Origin: Dimorphilus gyrociliatus
Taxonomy: Eukaryota > Animalia > Annelida
Assembly (NCBI GenBank): GCA_904063045.1
Contig: CAJFCJ010000043.1
Span: 107,501 to 171,500 of the forward strand
DNA: 64,000 nt
Direction of reading: 5' to 3'
Part shown: piece after piece, positions 23,938 through 36,175 of the stretch
Layout of the letters: each line of letters begins with the position of its first letter
Position numbering within the stretch: position 1 is the first letter of the stretch
Translations under genes and position numbers: made by a program
Notes under the pieces: model-generated
Database searches by the model: none
What the model was told of the DNA's origin: nothing
Seen by the model: only the letters and a program-made list of their open reading frames with translations

Positions 23938-24413
23938 ACTGTGAAAATAATACACAAGAAAACTTGTTAGAAAAATACATAGATGAAGATAAAAGTTATC
24001 ACAAAGCTATTTATAATAGAATTGATCAACTTCAAAAGATATGGATATTAAAAGTTGAGAAAAATTTTACAGCTTTAAAAAAAAAAGTTCAAGATGTGAG
24101 CGATAAAAGAATAAATATTTTAAATGATCTTTTTAAGCAAGATATTACTTTGAAAAAAAATTGTGATGAATTAAAAGAATTTTTAAATAAAAAAATTGAA
24201 TTTGAATTCTTAAAAGATTTTTCACTTAACTATTCCTTGGAAAGTATGGATTATATACAACATTTTGTAAAAGGTGGAAGGAAACTGCAATTTTCTGCAA
24301 AATGCAAAACTGATAAGGAAATTAATTATGCCATTGAAATGATACACTCCAATTCTGATGTGGAAAGTATTGACTTATCTTGTAATAAGAAATTGGGAGA
24401 TGATAAATTTTCA
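23938..24413 (+). repeat. Near-identical inverted duplicate of internal segment 3671-4146 of the RING/B-box/LRR gene
   Basis: 476 bp with no indels. I counted about 6 substitutions, all in the distal part (e.g. ELLND->EFLKD, ENM->ESM, QRF->QHF). Confidence 0.95.
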
Positions 24414-24439
24414 TTTATGGAAAATGTAGGAAAGGAAAT

Positions 24440-24770
24440 ACATTTCCTCAGCTTGTCAGTTCAGTTCTTTAACCATTAACTGGTTGTTTAAACTTACTTG
24501 TTTAGAACTAGAAACTCATTTACTCAATACATATTCTTTGGACGAAATACTGGTATTTTGTTGAATTATTTCTACGGAAATTACATTTGTTAAGACTATT
24601 TGCGGACGAACTTGAAAGGTTCTATAATTGATAAATGATTGGAAAGGACAAATACTGTTCTGAAGAAGCAGAAATTCCTACAATTACAATACAACAAAGT
24701 GCACCCATTCAACATAAAATTTCTACAATTACAATAGAACAAAGTACACCTCTTCTTATTCAATAAGCCT
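24440..24770 (+). repeat. Family X copy (distal part)
   Basis: Shares gtttagaactagaaactcatttactcaatacatattctttggac and ttcctacaattacaatacaacaaagt with 8660-8885 and 10100-10320. Confidence 0.85.
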
Positions 24771-25237
24771 ATAGACATGACTCCATGCAAAAATTGAGAG
24801 AAATTATTCACCCTCTTTTAAAATGTCTGAAATGTTGCCAAAATGAAAAGAAGTGTAAAGAATATTTTCTCTTTTGTTGTCTGACATTCCCAACAAAAAA
24901 TTTTTACCTCCATTGTAAAGCTGATAATGATTGATTTCTTTATTGCTCCCACCAGCTTTAAGCATTCAATACAAAACATTATTAAAATATATAGAAGAAG
25001 AAAAATATTTTCTGAATAATAAAATACTACTAGTCCTACATTTTTAGGTTAAATGCTATGTTTAATAAAATAGCCTGATCTGTTTATTTAAATTATTCAT
25101 GAGAAATATTTGACAATTTCTTTGGTTTTTTGTAAAGATATAGAAATATTTCAAAGACTGTTTTATTTAAATTGTCTCCTCATCTATTGTTAAAAAATGC
25201 TTAAAAGCACCCAACTTTTTTTAGTTATCCAAAAATC

Positions 25238-26847
25238 ATGAAGGCATTTACAATACATAACTTTGCTCTTCTTTTTCTGAGTTTTGGTTGTATGATTTTT
25301 AGATTATTTTTAATATCAAAGCAAATTAATATGTTTTTATTTATTTACAGTAATTACAGTTCATTCAGACAGTTTTAGTCTTAAAGTTGAATCTCCAGCT
25401 CAAATTTTGGAAGATACTAATACTTACTACATTAATTTCCGACAAATCACTGGAACTCCTACTTGCAGGTGTCTTTTTACATTAACATTCAAATCAGAAA
25501 TCTATCAATTTAATTTGTTTTACAGCTATACACTTACAAAACCAGATGGAACCATTTTACTACAATCCTCAAAATCAGTAAATTCTGGACTTGTATTTGC
25601 AAGTGTCCAAGGCAGTTTGTTTTCAGGAACAACTGAGAATTATGTACTGACCTACACTTATACATGTACCAGTGGAGGGACTACACTTGAATTTGAAGTT
25701 AGAGGATATGTTTATTCACTTGAACGTATGTATTATCAATATTCATTTTCAAAATTTTTTTAATTATTTGTGATGTTTTTGATGTTTCATTAGAATATGG
25801 TAGTGGTAATCTACCTATAGGCTATGGTATTGAAATTGAGATGTCAACTGAGCAAACTTCACCATTTAGAGTCAAAATTAAAGGTAATACTGGTGTTGGC
25901 TCATGCAGGTAATTATTACAATGACAGTCAAATTTTGCAACATCAATTTTACATCTACTTTTGTCTACTTTAGCATAACTCGACCAGACACTTCTATAGC
26001 TACAGTAGATAATATTGGACCAGTTACACTTGGGCAAGGATCATTGACAATTGCAGTTACTAAAACTGGTTCCCAAGAGTCCTTTTTCATAGCTGCAAGT
26101 TGCAAAGCAAGTGGAAAAACATTCCAAAATGAAATTCCAGTTTACTTTTCACCCAATGCTCCTTCACCATGGGCATCTGCAACTGGAGATCCACACTTTG
26201 CACAAAATGTTGTTGACAAATCAACTATGTCTACTAAACAAATATGTTATGATGTAACTGGGAAAATGGGAGATTATATATATATTGCTGGATTTTCTCA
26301 CAGTAGAATAAAGATTTTTGGCCAACTGAAAGATGATTACTATATGCATAAAATTGTCATTCAATCTCCATCTGCCAACATCACAGTATCATTAAAGGAT
26401 ATTCATCTTGGCCAAAAAGATACCATTCAATGGAATGCAAACTCAAAGCAAATGACTTTGCAAACTAATCAATTGAAATGTGAAATTGCAAATGGGAAAA
26501 AGATTATTTTCACTGAATTAAAGTCATTAAATGCAATTGCTGTTGAGAAATCTAAGCACTTTTTAGGGGAAATGCACCTGGATGTAGGCTTTAGGCTTAT
26601 GCCTAAAGATTACAATGAAATGAGTGGACTAATTGGAGATATTGGCCAGAAAAAATTTAAATTCTTCAGAGCAGTTCAAATTGGAGAAGATAGTTTAAAC
26701 AGTGAAATGGTTTCTATTCAAGTTGACAACAAATTTTTGAGAGGAAGTGTTGTACAAAGAAATAAAAAGTCTTGTTGGTTGCTTGATGTAAATGACATTT
26801 TGAAACCTTTGAAAACAACTGACTATCTTTTCAAAAGAATTGATTAA
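25238..26847 (+). CDS. Secreted protein: signal peptide, short repeated beta-rich modules, GDPH-initiated ITI_HC_C-like domain (intact copy)
   Basis: ATG at 25238, MKAFTIHNFALLFLSFG|LITVHS-DS. Phase-consistent introns (~25290-25350, 25729-25793, 25909-25973, plus a probable in-frame one near 25470-25526). Terminal exon: GDPHF...ICYDV.G..G...MHLDVGF...SGLIG...CW, stop at 26847. Confidence 0.8.
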
Positions 26848-27119
26848 CATTTAAATTAAATATAATATTTACAATTTATATTTTAGGATTTACAGAAGGT
26901 AAACCAAACTATTGAGTTAAGTAATACTGTTTCCTAAATTTTGTATATGACATTTGCCTAATGAAAAACAATCTATAATGTAAACAATTTATTTTATGGA
27001 ATGTATGAAGGCATAAATACAGACTAACTTTTTGAATTGGACATGAAACAATCTTACATAAGACAATAATGTATTCTTAATAATTCATACATTTAAAAGA
27101 ATGATAACATTATGTAAGT

Positions 27120-27250
27120 GGATACAACAGAAAACATCCCTAAGTGCATAGTCTAACCCTAACCCTAACTAAGTCCTTGTCACTCCTGAACATTTTTGAT
27201 TACCCTGACCCTTAGATGGAACCCCCCTAACTACAAATCAAAGTCTACTT
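27120..27250. mobile_element. Partial Mutator MITE (element B-type terminus)
   Basis: GGATACAACAGAAAACATCC matches the element B left end GGATGCAACAGAAAATGTCC. What follows is the reverse complement of the TTAGGG-rich internal sequence of 18965-19060. Confidence 0.55.
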
Positions 27251-27687
27251 CACTTGTCCTATGAAATTCCTACAATCCTGATACAACAAATTGCATTTTT
27301 AATGCAAGTGTACTATTAGATCCACTATAATAATGTACATTCTAATCCCATGTTTATAAAATACAGATTATGATCCTCTAACCAGTACCCAAATTAGTGT
27401 TTGTCATGAACCAGCATCTTACTAACACAAGAACAGAAACACCAAGTTGGAAATCAAATCATTAGAAACAGTTATGTGAGTGGCCTAACCCATAACCCTA
27501 ACCCAAACTAACCCTGTACCAAATTTCAAGATAATTGGAGCACTTTGAAATTTTTTTGATAATTTCAGTGGTTGACTCATAAATGATCTTAGAGCAAGAA
27601 ACTGTTGGAGCTGATGGAAAGAAAACCAAGAGACCAGTTTCATTTCCATCAAAATTACTTATCAATTCACAGCTCAAGTATGCTGCT

Positions 27688-27867
27688 GTACTGCTCTTGC
27701 TGGCAAAATCTATGCGTTTGCAAGTTATAACAATACTGGTTCTACTCAAACCTTTAAACAAATGTTTAAATTAAAATGGTTTATTTGCAATAATAATACT
27801 TAAGCAAGTAACAATATGAGGGTTCGATAGCAGAGTAGATAGTTAGTAAAAGCAGGTTGCCAAATTA
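27688..27867. repeat. 180-bp dispersed repeat, near-identical inverted copy at 54761-54940
   Basis: gtactgctcttgctggcaaaatctatgcgtttgcaagttataacaatactggttctactc... is the reverse complement of 54761-54940 with few mismatches. Confidence 0.9.
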
Positions 27868-28689
27868 TAATCCTAAGATTAGGGCCACATGCCAAACATG
27901 TGCCACAGCAAACAGGCCTGTCTCATCAGCATCTGGTGTTTGACCTGCATCTTTTCCATGTTCTTTGTTCCTTTGTTAATTCCCCAAGTAGCCACCATCT
28001 GTTACAGTCAAAGAGTCTATTTCTTACGAAATAGAGTTCTTTCTAAAGTACTAAAAGCTAACTCTACGAAATAAAAGTCTTTCTAAAGTTCCACCACTAT
28101 AATTCCTACAAAATATAAGTATTTCTATAGTTGCACCCGTCTAATTGCTATAAAATAGAAGTCTTTCTAATGTACCCTTATATCTAAGTGCACAGATAAT
28201 TTCAATTTGAGAAGGAAAGTGTTATTGGGCAAAAATTTGGCAGAGAAGGAATCTAGAACTCTCACCAAATAATGGAGAAAGTGATCTATTGGAGAAAGAT
28301 AGCAACAATGTAAAAAATATATAGAAATCAATGTAATTTGTAGGAATTTCATTCTTTTCCCAACAGTAATCATCTGTACTGCTCATTTAATAACACACCA
28401 GAGTCCAGGGGCCAAAAGCCAATGAATAATAAAAAGTGGGAGAAACTGAATCATTTTTACAAAACGAAAGTAGAAAAGAATAGGGAATTTTTTTCTACAA
28501 AAATTTCTCTTTTGAATTCTGTCCACTTAATCATTTAGACAATATGTCTTCACTGAAACAGGTCAGAAATTGATAATTGATAGAAAAATACTATTATTCT
28601 TCAATTTTTTTTTTCAGGAAAAGTAAAAAAATGAAGAACTGAGAGAAGAGGAAAAACACCAAAAACATTTGTGTTACTTTCCATATTAA

Positions 28690-29550
28690 TTTTAAACAAT
28701 GGAAAATTGGAGAGTAGAAGACCATTAAAAATTAGTGATATTCAACAATATATTACGCAATCATTAAAGGATTCAAATTTAAAACTGGATTATTTAAGAA
28801 TGAATATAATTCAACTGATTGTAAAAAATGTTAGGACTATCAAGAATCAAATTGAAACAAATAACCTAAATTCAACTGGAGAAGATCCCTGTAAAGCAAC
28901 ATTTTCTTCATTTTATAGAAAGCATTTCCCATTTCAAAAAAGACCATCGACTTTTTCCTTCTACTGCAATTTTAACACAGAAAATATTTGCAATTTGAAA
29001 TTCAAAAATGATGACAATTTTCTTACATACGCTAGATATAACTGGATAAAAGAATTCAAAGTACTGAATGGTCAATGTAAGTAAAAAATTTTTATATATC
29101 TTTTCAATAGAAATAAACCAATTAATTAATGAATTTACAGGTAAAACACACCACTTTCTTACAATTCAAATCAATAAAACAGTTAATACTAGAAAACCAT
29201 ACACTTTGCTTGAAATACCAAACATTTTAATAGATGACAAACATTTTTGTCTCAGTTTTCAAAGTAGTTTTAATTCTAAAAGTTATTTGCAAATCTATTT
29301 AAAATTTGAAAAGGATGATGAAATCAAATAAGTATTTTAATCCAAAATGAAAACAAATACAGAATGGAACACCTATTTTATCAATTTAACAAATCCAGAT
29401 ACATTTTCCCAGGTGTGAAAATTCTTTTCATTTTCATGTTTAATACCATATTTTCTGGTTGTTTTAGAGAATGTAGATTATACTAAAAGGAAATGTATAC
29501 AGTACCAGCAGTAAGTCACTGTTACACCTCAAAAATATAATATTTTCTTG
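28690..29550 (+). pseudogene. MAM-domain pseudogene
   Basis: FYCNFNTENICNLKF.NDDNF...RYNW | G.THHFL...HFCLSFQ..LQIYL...EWNTYFINL..FSQ | follows the MAM pattern, with spliceable introns. In-frame stops occur at ~29329, ~29338 and in the last exon. Confidence 0.6.
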
Positions 29551-29599
29551 ATTTTTCCTCTTTCCGTACTTAAAGATTTTCTTTGAGTATCATTTAAAT

Positions 29600-29832
29600 T
29601 ACAATATTCCAGATTTATATCCATAAGACAATTTGAACATGATTTTTCACAAATTATAAAGTGATAAACACATTCTTGAATTATTGTTGTTGGAAAAGTG
29701 TTTTGAATAGCCTTCCATAATGCTGCCTCAAAATCAACAACTATTTTATTTGGTTGATGACCATCTAAAATATCAGCTAACACCTAAAAAATGTAATGCT
29801 ATTCATGAAAATAAGACATATATTTTACCTTG
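29600..29832 (-). mobile_element. Internal MULE fragment of the element D family, including its intron
   Basis: VLADILDGHQPNKIVVDFEAALWKAIQNTFPTTIIQECVYHF versus D: VLADVLDGHQSKKIVVDFEAALWKAIEEMFPTTTIQGCVYHF. The intron sequence 29787-29828 aligns with the D intron at ~22165-22213. Confidence 0.85.
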
Positions 29833-30642
29833 TTCTAAGCTTACCGAAATATCAACTTTTAAATAAGTTGTAAATTGTGCTTTTCTTAATATTTGCACAA
29901 AACCAGGTACAAATGTGTTGTCATAGTGACATTTATTGTTTGAATAACAACACCCAAATGTTATGCAATGTGCCTGACTAGTAGAATCTGATCCACATTT
30001 TCTATTGGAGACTGCAGAACATCTAGTGGGAACATTGATATTATCGCATTGCCCATCTTTTGGACCATAGTATTCAAAGCTATTATCCTGTTTAAATAGG
30101 TCAGGACATTCATGGTGATTAAGTGAATTTAGAAAACATTCTTTTTCCGTAATTTTGTAGTCGATTGATCTATTGAAAAAAAAAAACATAAAAAAATGTG
30201 ATGAGAATAGATTTATACAAATTTCATAGTATTTCACTTCTAAATTCTCCTTTCTTAAACCAAAAATAAAACTAGAACAATAGTTGACTAATATTTGTTT
30301 TAGAAATTTGTAAAAAATCTACATTTTTAAATATTGATTTGAAAAAATTATTTACTTGCAATTAAGATTTTCAATACACTTTAATTTACATTCTTCAACA
30401 TTGATATTGGTTATAGTATCTATATTATGTCCTTGAATTTCTTTCGAAAGCGTATGTTCAGTAAAACACACTAAGGTAAGAAAAAAAGAGATTACATACT
30501 CAAATAAATGACACTGTAAACATAGAAAGAGAGCGTTTCTTTTAAGGATGTTATTACTTACATTGTCTACTGCTTTTTATTAAAGTTATACTATCAACTA
30601 GAAGAATAGTAGTAATGTAAAAAATTCAAAGTTTTTCATCAT
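29829..30642 (-). CDS. Secreted PAN/apple + trefoil (P-type) protein, 3' truncated or chimeric
   Basis: Exons 30642-30562, 30470-30356 and 30169-29829 with phase-consistent introns. CFTEH..IQGHN...VEECKLKC..NLNC|KSIDY...CFLN is PAN; RKCG....QAHCITFGCCY...CHY is trefoil. The signal exon needs +1 base in the run 30619-30624. Confidence 0.7.
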
Positions 30643-31839
30643 GCCTCCTGCTATTGCCTATTTGTTCTCTCTAATCAACTTTATAATAATTGCTTCACCA
30701 GTCAAATGACATATTCATATTTAATATAACTGAAAAGAAGCCATAGCTATTCATATTTTGATTTGAAATCATTATTTTTCATTGTCAAAATGCAGATTTG
30801 TTATTAATAGGCTAAAAATTGTACACATATTATTCAAAACACTGTAAAAGCCTAAAATTAAACCTATAAAAAATGTACAACTTTATTATAGAAAGTAAGT
30901 ACTGTTACTAGACTTTGAACAATTGTTTTTATTGTAATAATTCATTCCTTTTGTGTTTAATGTGTGAAAGAGTAAATTGGAATGAAAATGGCTCAATTTT
31001 ACACCAGTAAACATCCTAGTTTTAGTATAAAAGGGTATTACTGATTTTTCTTTTAATTATAAATGACTATTGACAAATTATTTGGTTTTGAAACCATACA
31101 TTCATCAGCTTTATTCTACAAAAAGAATAGAAGAATTGTTGCAATGTTACAATACAAAAGTTGAATAGCAGAGTAGGTAATTTTTAATAGTAGATTGTCA
31201 AGTAAGCAAACTAGTGTATTATCAAAGACAAAATTTCCTTTGAATATAAAGTTTTCAGCTAGATTTAGGACATTTATATCAATGGCTTGAAAGAACACAA
31301 ATTTTAACTGGAAACCTTATAAATATTCTAAAATAACCAAATTTTTTCTACCAAAATATTAATTTGTATATATAAATATATAAAATCAACATATATTTCA
31401 TTAAATCTACTTCATGTTGATCCTGTGACACAACATATTTCTCTACTAAATGAATTCTTCCCAACAGTTACTGTTCTATAAATAGAATTTACTTCATCCT
31501 CAACAGCATTCATACAAAATATACAAGATCAATGATTACCATGAATTCTTATCAATAACCTAAATCCCTTATTTTAGAGCTATTGAAAAAAGGAATGATC
31601 AATATTTTAATAGATATTTTCTTTATACTTTTAAAAATCAATACTTTTATATGCAAACAATATTTTTTGGATTAATTTTGATAAGCCTTTAATGTTAAAT
31701 ATTTACATATAGTAAACTATAGTGTTTTTTTTTTCAAAATCATTTGATTTATTAAAGTGACTATAGAAATTTCTCAACTGAAAAAATTTTCTTAAAGATT
31801 TATCTTAATAATCCAACATTTGGTAAAAATTGTGGAAAG

Positions 31840-32286
31840 ATGCCTAGTAGTAATCAAGTTTTGAATTCTACTAATTCAACAACAGTTGTAGTTGGTCAAC
31901 CATTATCGAATGAACATAAAATTATAAAGATATTGCCTCAAGGTAGAAATAATGCAAATATTAAATTTAAAGCTGTTGGTGATACTATGGTACATGTGAA
32001 TAAATTTTTTTTTAATCATATTAATGTTTCTAATTATGCTTTTTTTTTCTTTCTTTCTTTATAGAGATTGAGTATAACTTCGGCAATATGCTGTTTCTGC
32101 TGCATCTGCTTTGGAATTTTATCAATATACAACAGTTTAAAAAGTAGAGAATCAAAACGAATTGGTAATACTGAAGAAGGTATTAGAAGGGCAAGATATG
32201 CAATTGTTTGTTCTTTTATAGCTATAGTAGGAGGCTTAATTGTTTCTTTTACATGCCTTATGGCAACATTACCTCTAGTGGTATAA
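31840..32286 (+). CDS. CD225/dispanin family (IFITM/PRRT-like) membrane protein, ~123 aa
   Basis: Exon 31840-31989, phase-0 intron 31990-32064, exon 32065-32286. GDTM|RLSITSAICCFCCICFGILSIYNSLKSRE..RIGN.EEG.R.ARYAIVCSFIAIVGG matches the CD225 pattern. Confidence 0.85.
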
Positions 32287-32599
32287 GCAGACTTTTCTAT
32301 AAGAATGTTGTAGTATTATTTTAATACAATTCTTTAAAAATATCTATAACAAATATTGGCTGCCATTTTTGGTTATTTACTCTATGATTTTAGGATTCAA
32401 ATTTAAATAATATATTTGTACTAAAAGAGAAATCCTCTTAAATTATCAACTCTGGTTAGACATTTTTCCTTCTTCAGAAAATAGCATCCTTTTAATCCTT
32501 TTACTCTGATTTGCTGAATTTGACATCAATGTTTCTTTTATAGAAACATAAACAAAAAAAATATTCACTTTCTTCACAGTAGATGGAGCCAAAATCATC

Positions 32600-33782
32600 C
32601 ACTTGCTTGTAAAATTTTCAACTGTTGAAAATCTTTGGAAAATTGTTAAACTGTTTTGAAGGAGTCTACACTTAGCCTAAAAACAATTGAAAATTATTGG
32701 AAGTTATTTTCTGATTGAAAAAGACCAGTTAAAGGTTGTTACAACATGTTTTAGAAATATAGGCAAAAAGTTTCAGGACATTGTAAAATCATTCGAAGAG
32801 TATTTGAAAATATTTTAAATGGCTGACAAACTAAATAAATAGGTGATAGAAGAAATCATAGAGCTTGCAGAAAATTTCAATGGAAGATATCTGTACAAGT
32901 CTTTCAAAATCTTTAAATACTTTGAAACAAATCAAATTTATAAAATGTTCTCTAAAGGAAGAAAATTGCAAAATTTTAGGAAATTTCTTAAAGAATAGTT
33001 ACAAAATAGAAACAATTAATCTTCAAGGGAATAGAGAGATGGGAAAAGGAGTAGAGAATATTTGTGTAGGACTTTTACAATCATCAAAAAATTTGAAACA
33101 TATCTATTGTGATTGTTGTCAATTAAATGAAAAACAATGCGAATCTATAGGAAATCTTTTGAATAATTGCTGTAAACTTGAAACAATAAGTCTAACTGAG
33201 AATTTTGTAATGGGAATAGGATTATCAAATATTTTTAGAGGATTATGTCAAGCGTCAAAGACTTTAAAATATCTCAATTTGAAGTCATGTTCTTTAGAAG
33301 AGGAACAGTGTGAATTGTTTGGAGAATTACTGAAAAACTGTTCAAACATTGAAACATTACATCTTGAAGAAAATCATGGAATTGCTGATGGAATCCATAA
33401 TGTTTGTAAAGGACTTATTCAATCAACAAATAAATTAAGACATTTGTTTTTTGGATGGTGTTATTTAAATGAAAATCAGTGTAAATCTGTGGGAAATCTG
33501 TTGAAATTCACCAAAATTGAAACATTACACCTAGAAGGAATTAACCAGATGAAAAATGGATTATCCGATATTAATAAAGTTCTATTTCAATCATCGTACA
33601 GTTTAAAACATATCTATTTTGGTAATTGTAATTTAGATTTAAAATTATGCAAATCAATTTGGAATTTGTTGAAAGATTGTTATAAAATAGAAACAATCAA
33701 TATAAATGGTAATAGGCAAATGGGAAATGGATTACAATATATTTGTGAAAGCCTTATTCTATCTTCAAATAATTTAAATAGA
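32600..33782 (+). pseudogene. Intronless RI-type LRR paralog of 2858-4486; 5' decayed, 3' truncated by family X
   Basis: ORF 32865-33815 has the same ~28-aa repeats (LKHIYxxxCxLxExQCxSIGNLL..C.KIETI.L..N..MG.G). The upstream LRR-like sequence has stops, and the terminal RASSSSTSISK* is family X sequence. Confidence 0.7.
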
Positions 33783-33940
33783 GCCTCAAGTTCGTCCACA
33801 AGTATCAGCAAATGAATGATATTTGTCCAAAGTTTTATATCGAACTTTTAACAAAATGCCAGTATTTTCCAAATAAGATATGTATTGAATATTCTGAGGT
33901 TTTATCTTTAAGCAAGCAGTTAGAAAACTAAGCTAGCAAC

Positions 33941-36083
33941 AGGTTATGGAATGAACATCCCATGGAAAGAATGTCCCATTTTTAAAAGAATACATCTATT
34001 TGAAAGAAAAATTTAATATTTAAAAAATGTATTATTTCTTTCAAAAGATATTTATACTTTTCAATGATGTAATGAGTAATCATTGTATCCACACAACAAA
34101 ACTGGAATACTCCATTTTGGAAAATTCACTGAAGTAGTAATTTTTGGAAATTTCTCTAAATTAAAAAAGATAGGATTATTTTGTTTGAAAAAGAGATAAG
34201 GTAATTATTAAATATTAATAAGGAATTGAAAAGATTTATTTTATGTGTTTTTCACAATTGGCTAAGTTAAAAACACTTTTTTTTATTATATCTTTAATTG
34301 AACTTCCTCTTTATAGACAATGGATGCCTCTTGTTATCAATGTAAGAAAAGGATATATGGAAAGAGATCTGTACATAAATGTTCAGTATGTAATCATACA
34401 TATTCCATGCATTTTAAGTGCACCAAAGGTTTGTATAAAATTTATTTGAAATAAGGGAGGAAGCAAGAAAGGAAAAGATATTCTACTCTATAATGGATTT
34501 GCATTCAATGTAAAGTTTATGAAAGACAGCTATACCTTATGGAGATGCAGTGTTCATAATAAAAAGAAAATATGTCCTGCTACAATTAAACAAAAGGGTT
34601 CAACATTTATTGAAAGCACAATGGAACATTGTCATAGAAAAAAAATAGATGGAAATGGAAATCAAAACAAGAACAGACTTGAGAGAAATATGTTTAACTG
34701 ATTTAAAGTCATCAGGAAAAGTTATTGCTGAAACTGTACTGTTGGACTACAGCAAAAAAGTTGAACAACTTCCTAAACTGGAAAATTTACAGTGCCTAGC
34801 TAATTTGACAAGACAAAAGATTTGCCCAATTGAACCACAAACATTAAATTTTGATCTAAATATGGCATTTATACCAGATGGTTTCCTTCAACGAGATTTC
34901 TATAATGAAAAGGAAAGAATAGTAATGTTTGCATCAATGAAGCAATTGGAATTGCTAGCAAAGAGCAAGGTATGGTATATGGATGGAACTTTGAAAGTGG
35001 CAAAACAACCTTTTTACCAACTATTTTCAATACATTCATTCATTAAAAAACATGGTGAAGTGAAACAAGTACCACTTATGTTTGTGTTTATATCATCAGC
35101 AAAGTCAAGAGCTTACAAATATGTATTAAAGGTATAAAATGACTGATGATTCAATGCCAGAGGAGGTAGTTGTTGATTTTGAAAAAGGACTCTGGAAAGC
35201 TCTGAAATCTATTTATCCAGCAGTATCCATAAGAGGGTGTGCATTTCATTGGAGCCAAGCTGTGTATAGAAAGATTCAGGTAAGATGAATATGTTAATTT
35301 TGCTACAGTTTAGCTTTTATTATCTATATTTTTAGAATTTGGGATACAGTATAGATTATCAATCAAACATGAATAATGGAAGGTCAACATTAAAAAAGAT
35401 ATTAGCATTGCCATTTCTTCCTTCTACTACAACACCAACAGTCTTCAATTTAATTGCAAATGGTATGGGAGCAAGAAACAAATATGCTGATTTGTTACAT
35501 TATGTTCAATCTCAATGGATTGAAAATTCAATTTGGCAACCTCAATAATGGTCTGTGTTTGGTTATAGTGTCAGAACAAATAATGAAGTTGAAGCTTGGT
35601 ACAGAAGATTGAACAGTAAAGTCTTGGCCAAAGGCTCTTTTTACCAATTGGTAGATGAACTAAATAAGGAAGCTTCTCTTATTGATGTTTATAAAAACTT
35701 TTATCTGAGAGAAAGTTGAAGAAACACCAAAAGAAAGAATATATGAAATTACAGGTTGAAATATTCAAATTATGGGATAATTATGATTTAGGATTAATAA
35801 CAGCAATATATCTATTGGAAAAAGTATCAAATATATATGTATCATAACTTGCATATTAACCTCTCTTGTCTAGCCCTGTAGTTTAATTCTTGATATTTTT
35901 GGTGTAACTAATGTTGTTCATAAATCTTTAACTAAAGATTCAGTGGTTTCTTACTTAAATACATTTTATATTGTAAAACTTTTTCTCTGCTAAATTCTTT
36001 TCATAGAATAGTATTTTCACATTGTCTTGTGTCATTCTATAGAACTACTTCCTTTTTAATATGGGACATTCTTTCCAGCTCCC
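33941..36083 (+). mobile_element. FLYWCH-MULE element E, complete ends, internally deleted and defective
   Basis: Perfect 9-bp TSD GCTAGCAAC at 33932-33940 and 36084-36092. The ~22-bp imperfect TIRs have the core TGGAAAGAATGTCCCA. Motifs: DGTLK, VVDFEKG, GCAFHWSQAVYRKIQ|, TNNEVEAW. It contains stops and frameshifts. Confidence 0.95.
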
Positions 36084-36175
36084 GCTAGCAACTGTTAAAT
36101 TCGTAGGGTTTATATACTTTCCTAAGAGTTTAACAGTTCACAATTTCAAAGTTTGAACAATGCAAAGTAGTATTG

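Noticed and set aside
27540-27680. pogo/Tigger-like DETG motif (NFDGNETGL) on the minus strand
   Set aside because: It has no flanking transposase motifs, which is too little to support a call.
27815-27830. tRNA/SINE B-box (GGTTCGAT) in the 180-bp repeat
   Set aside because: I found no A-box at suitable spacing and no cloverleaf.
8057-29340. Non-standard genetic code or programmed readthrough of TAA
   Set aside because: In-frame TAAs align to different residues (Tyr in the GDPH copy, Trp in element D, probably Gln in MAM), and intact genes end in TAA normally.
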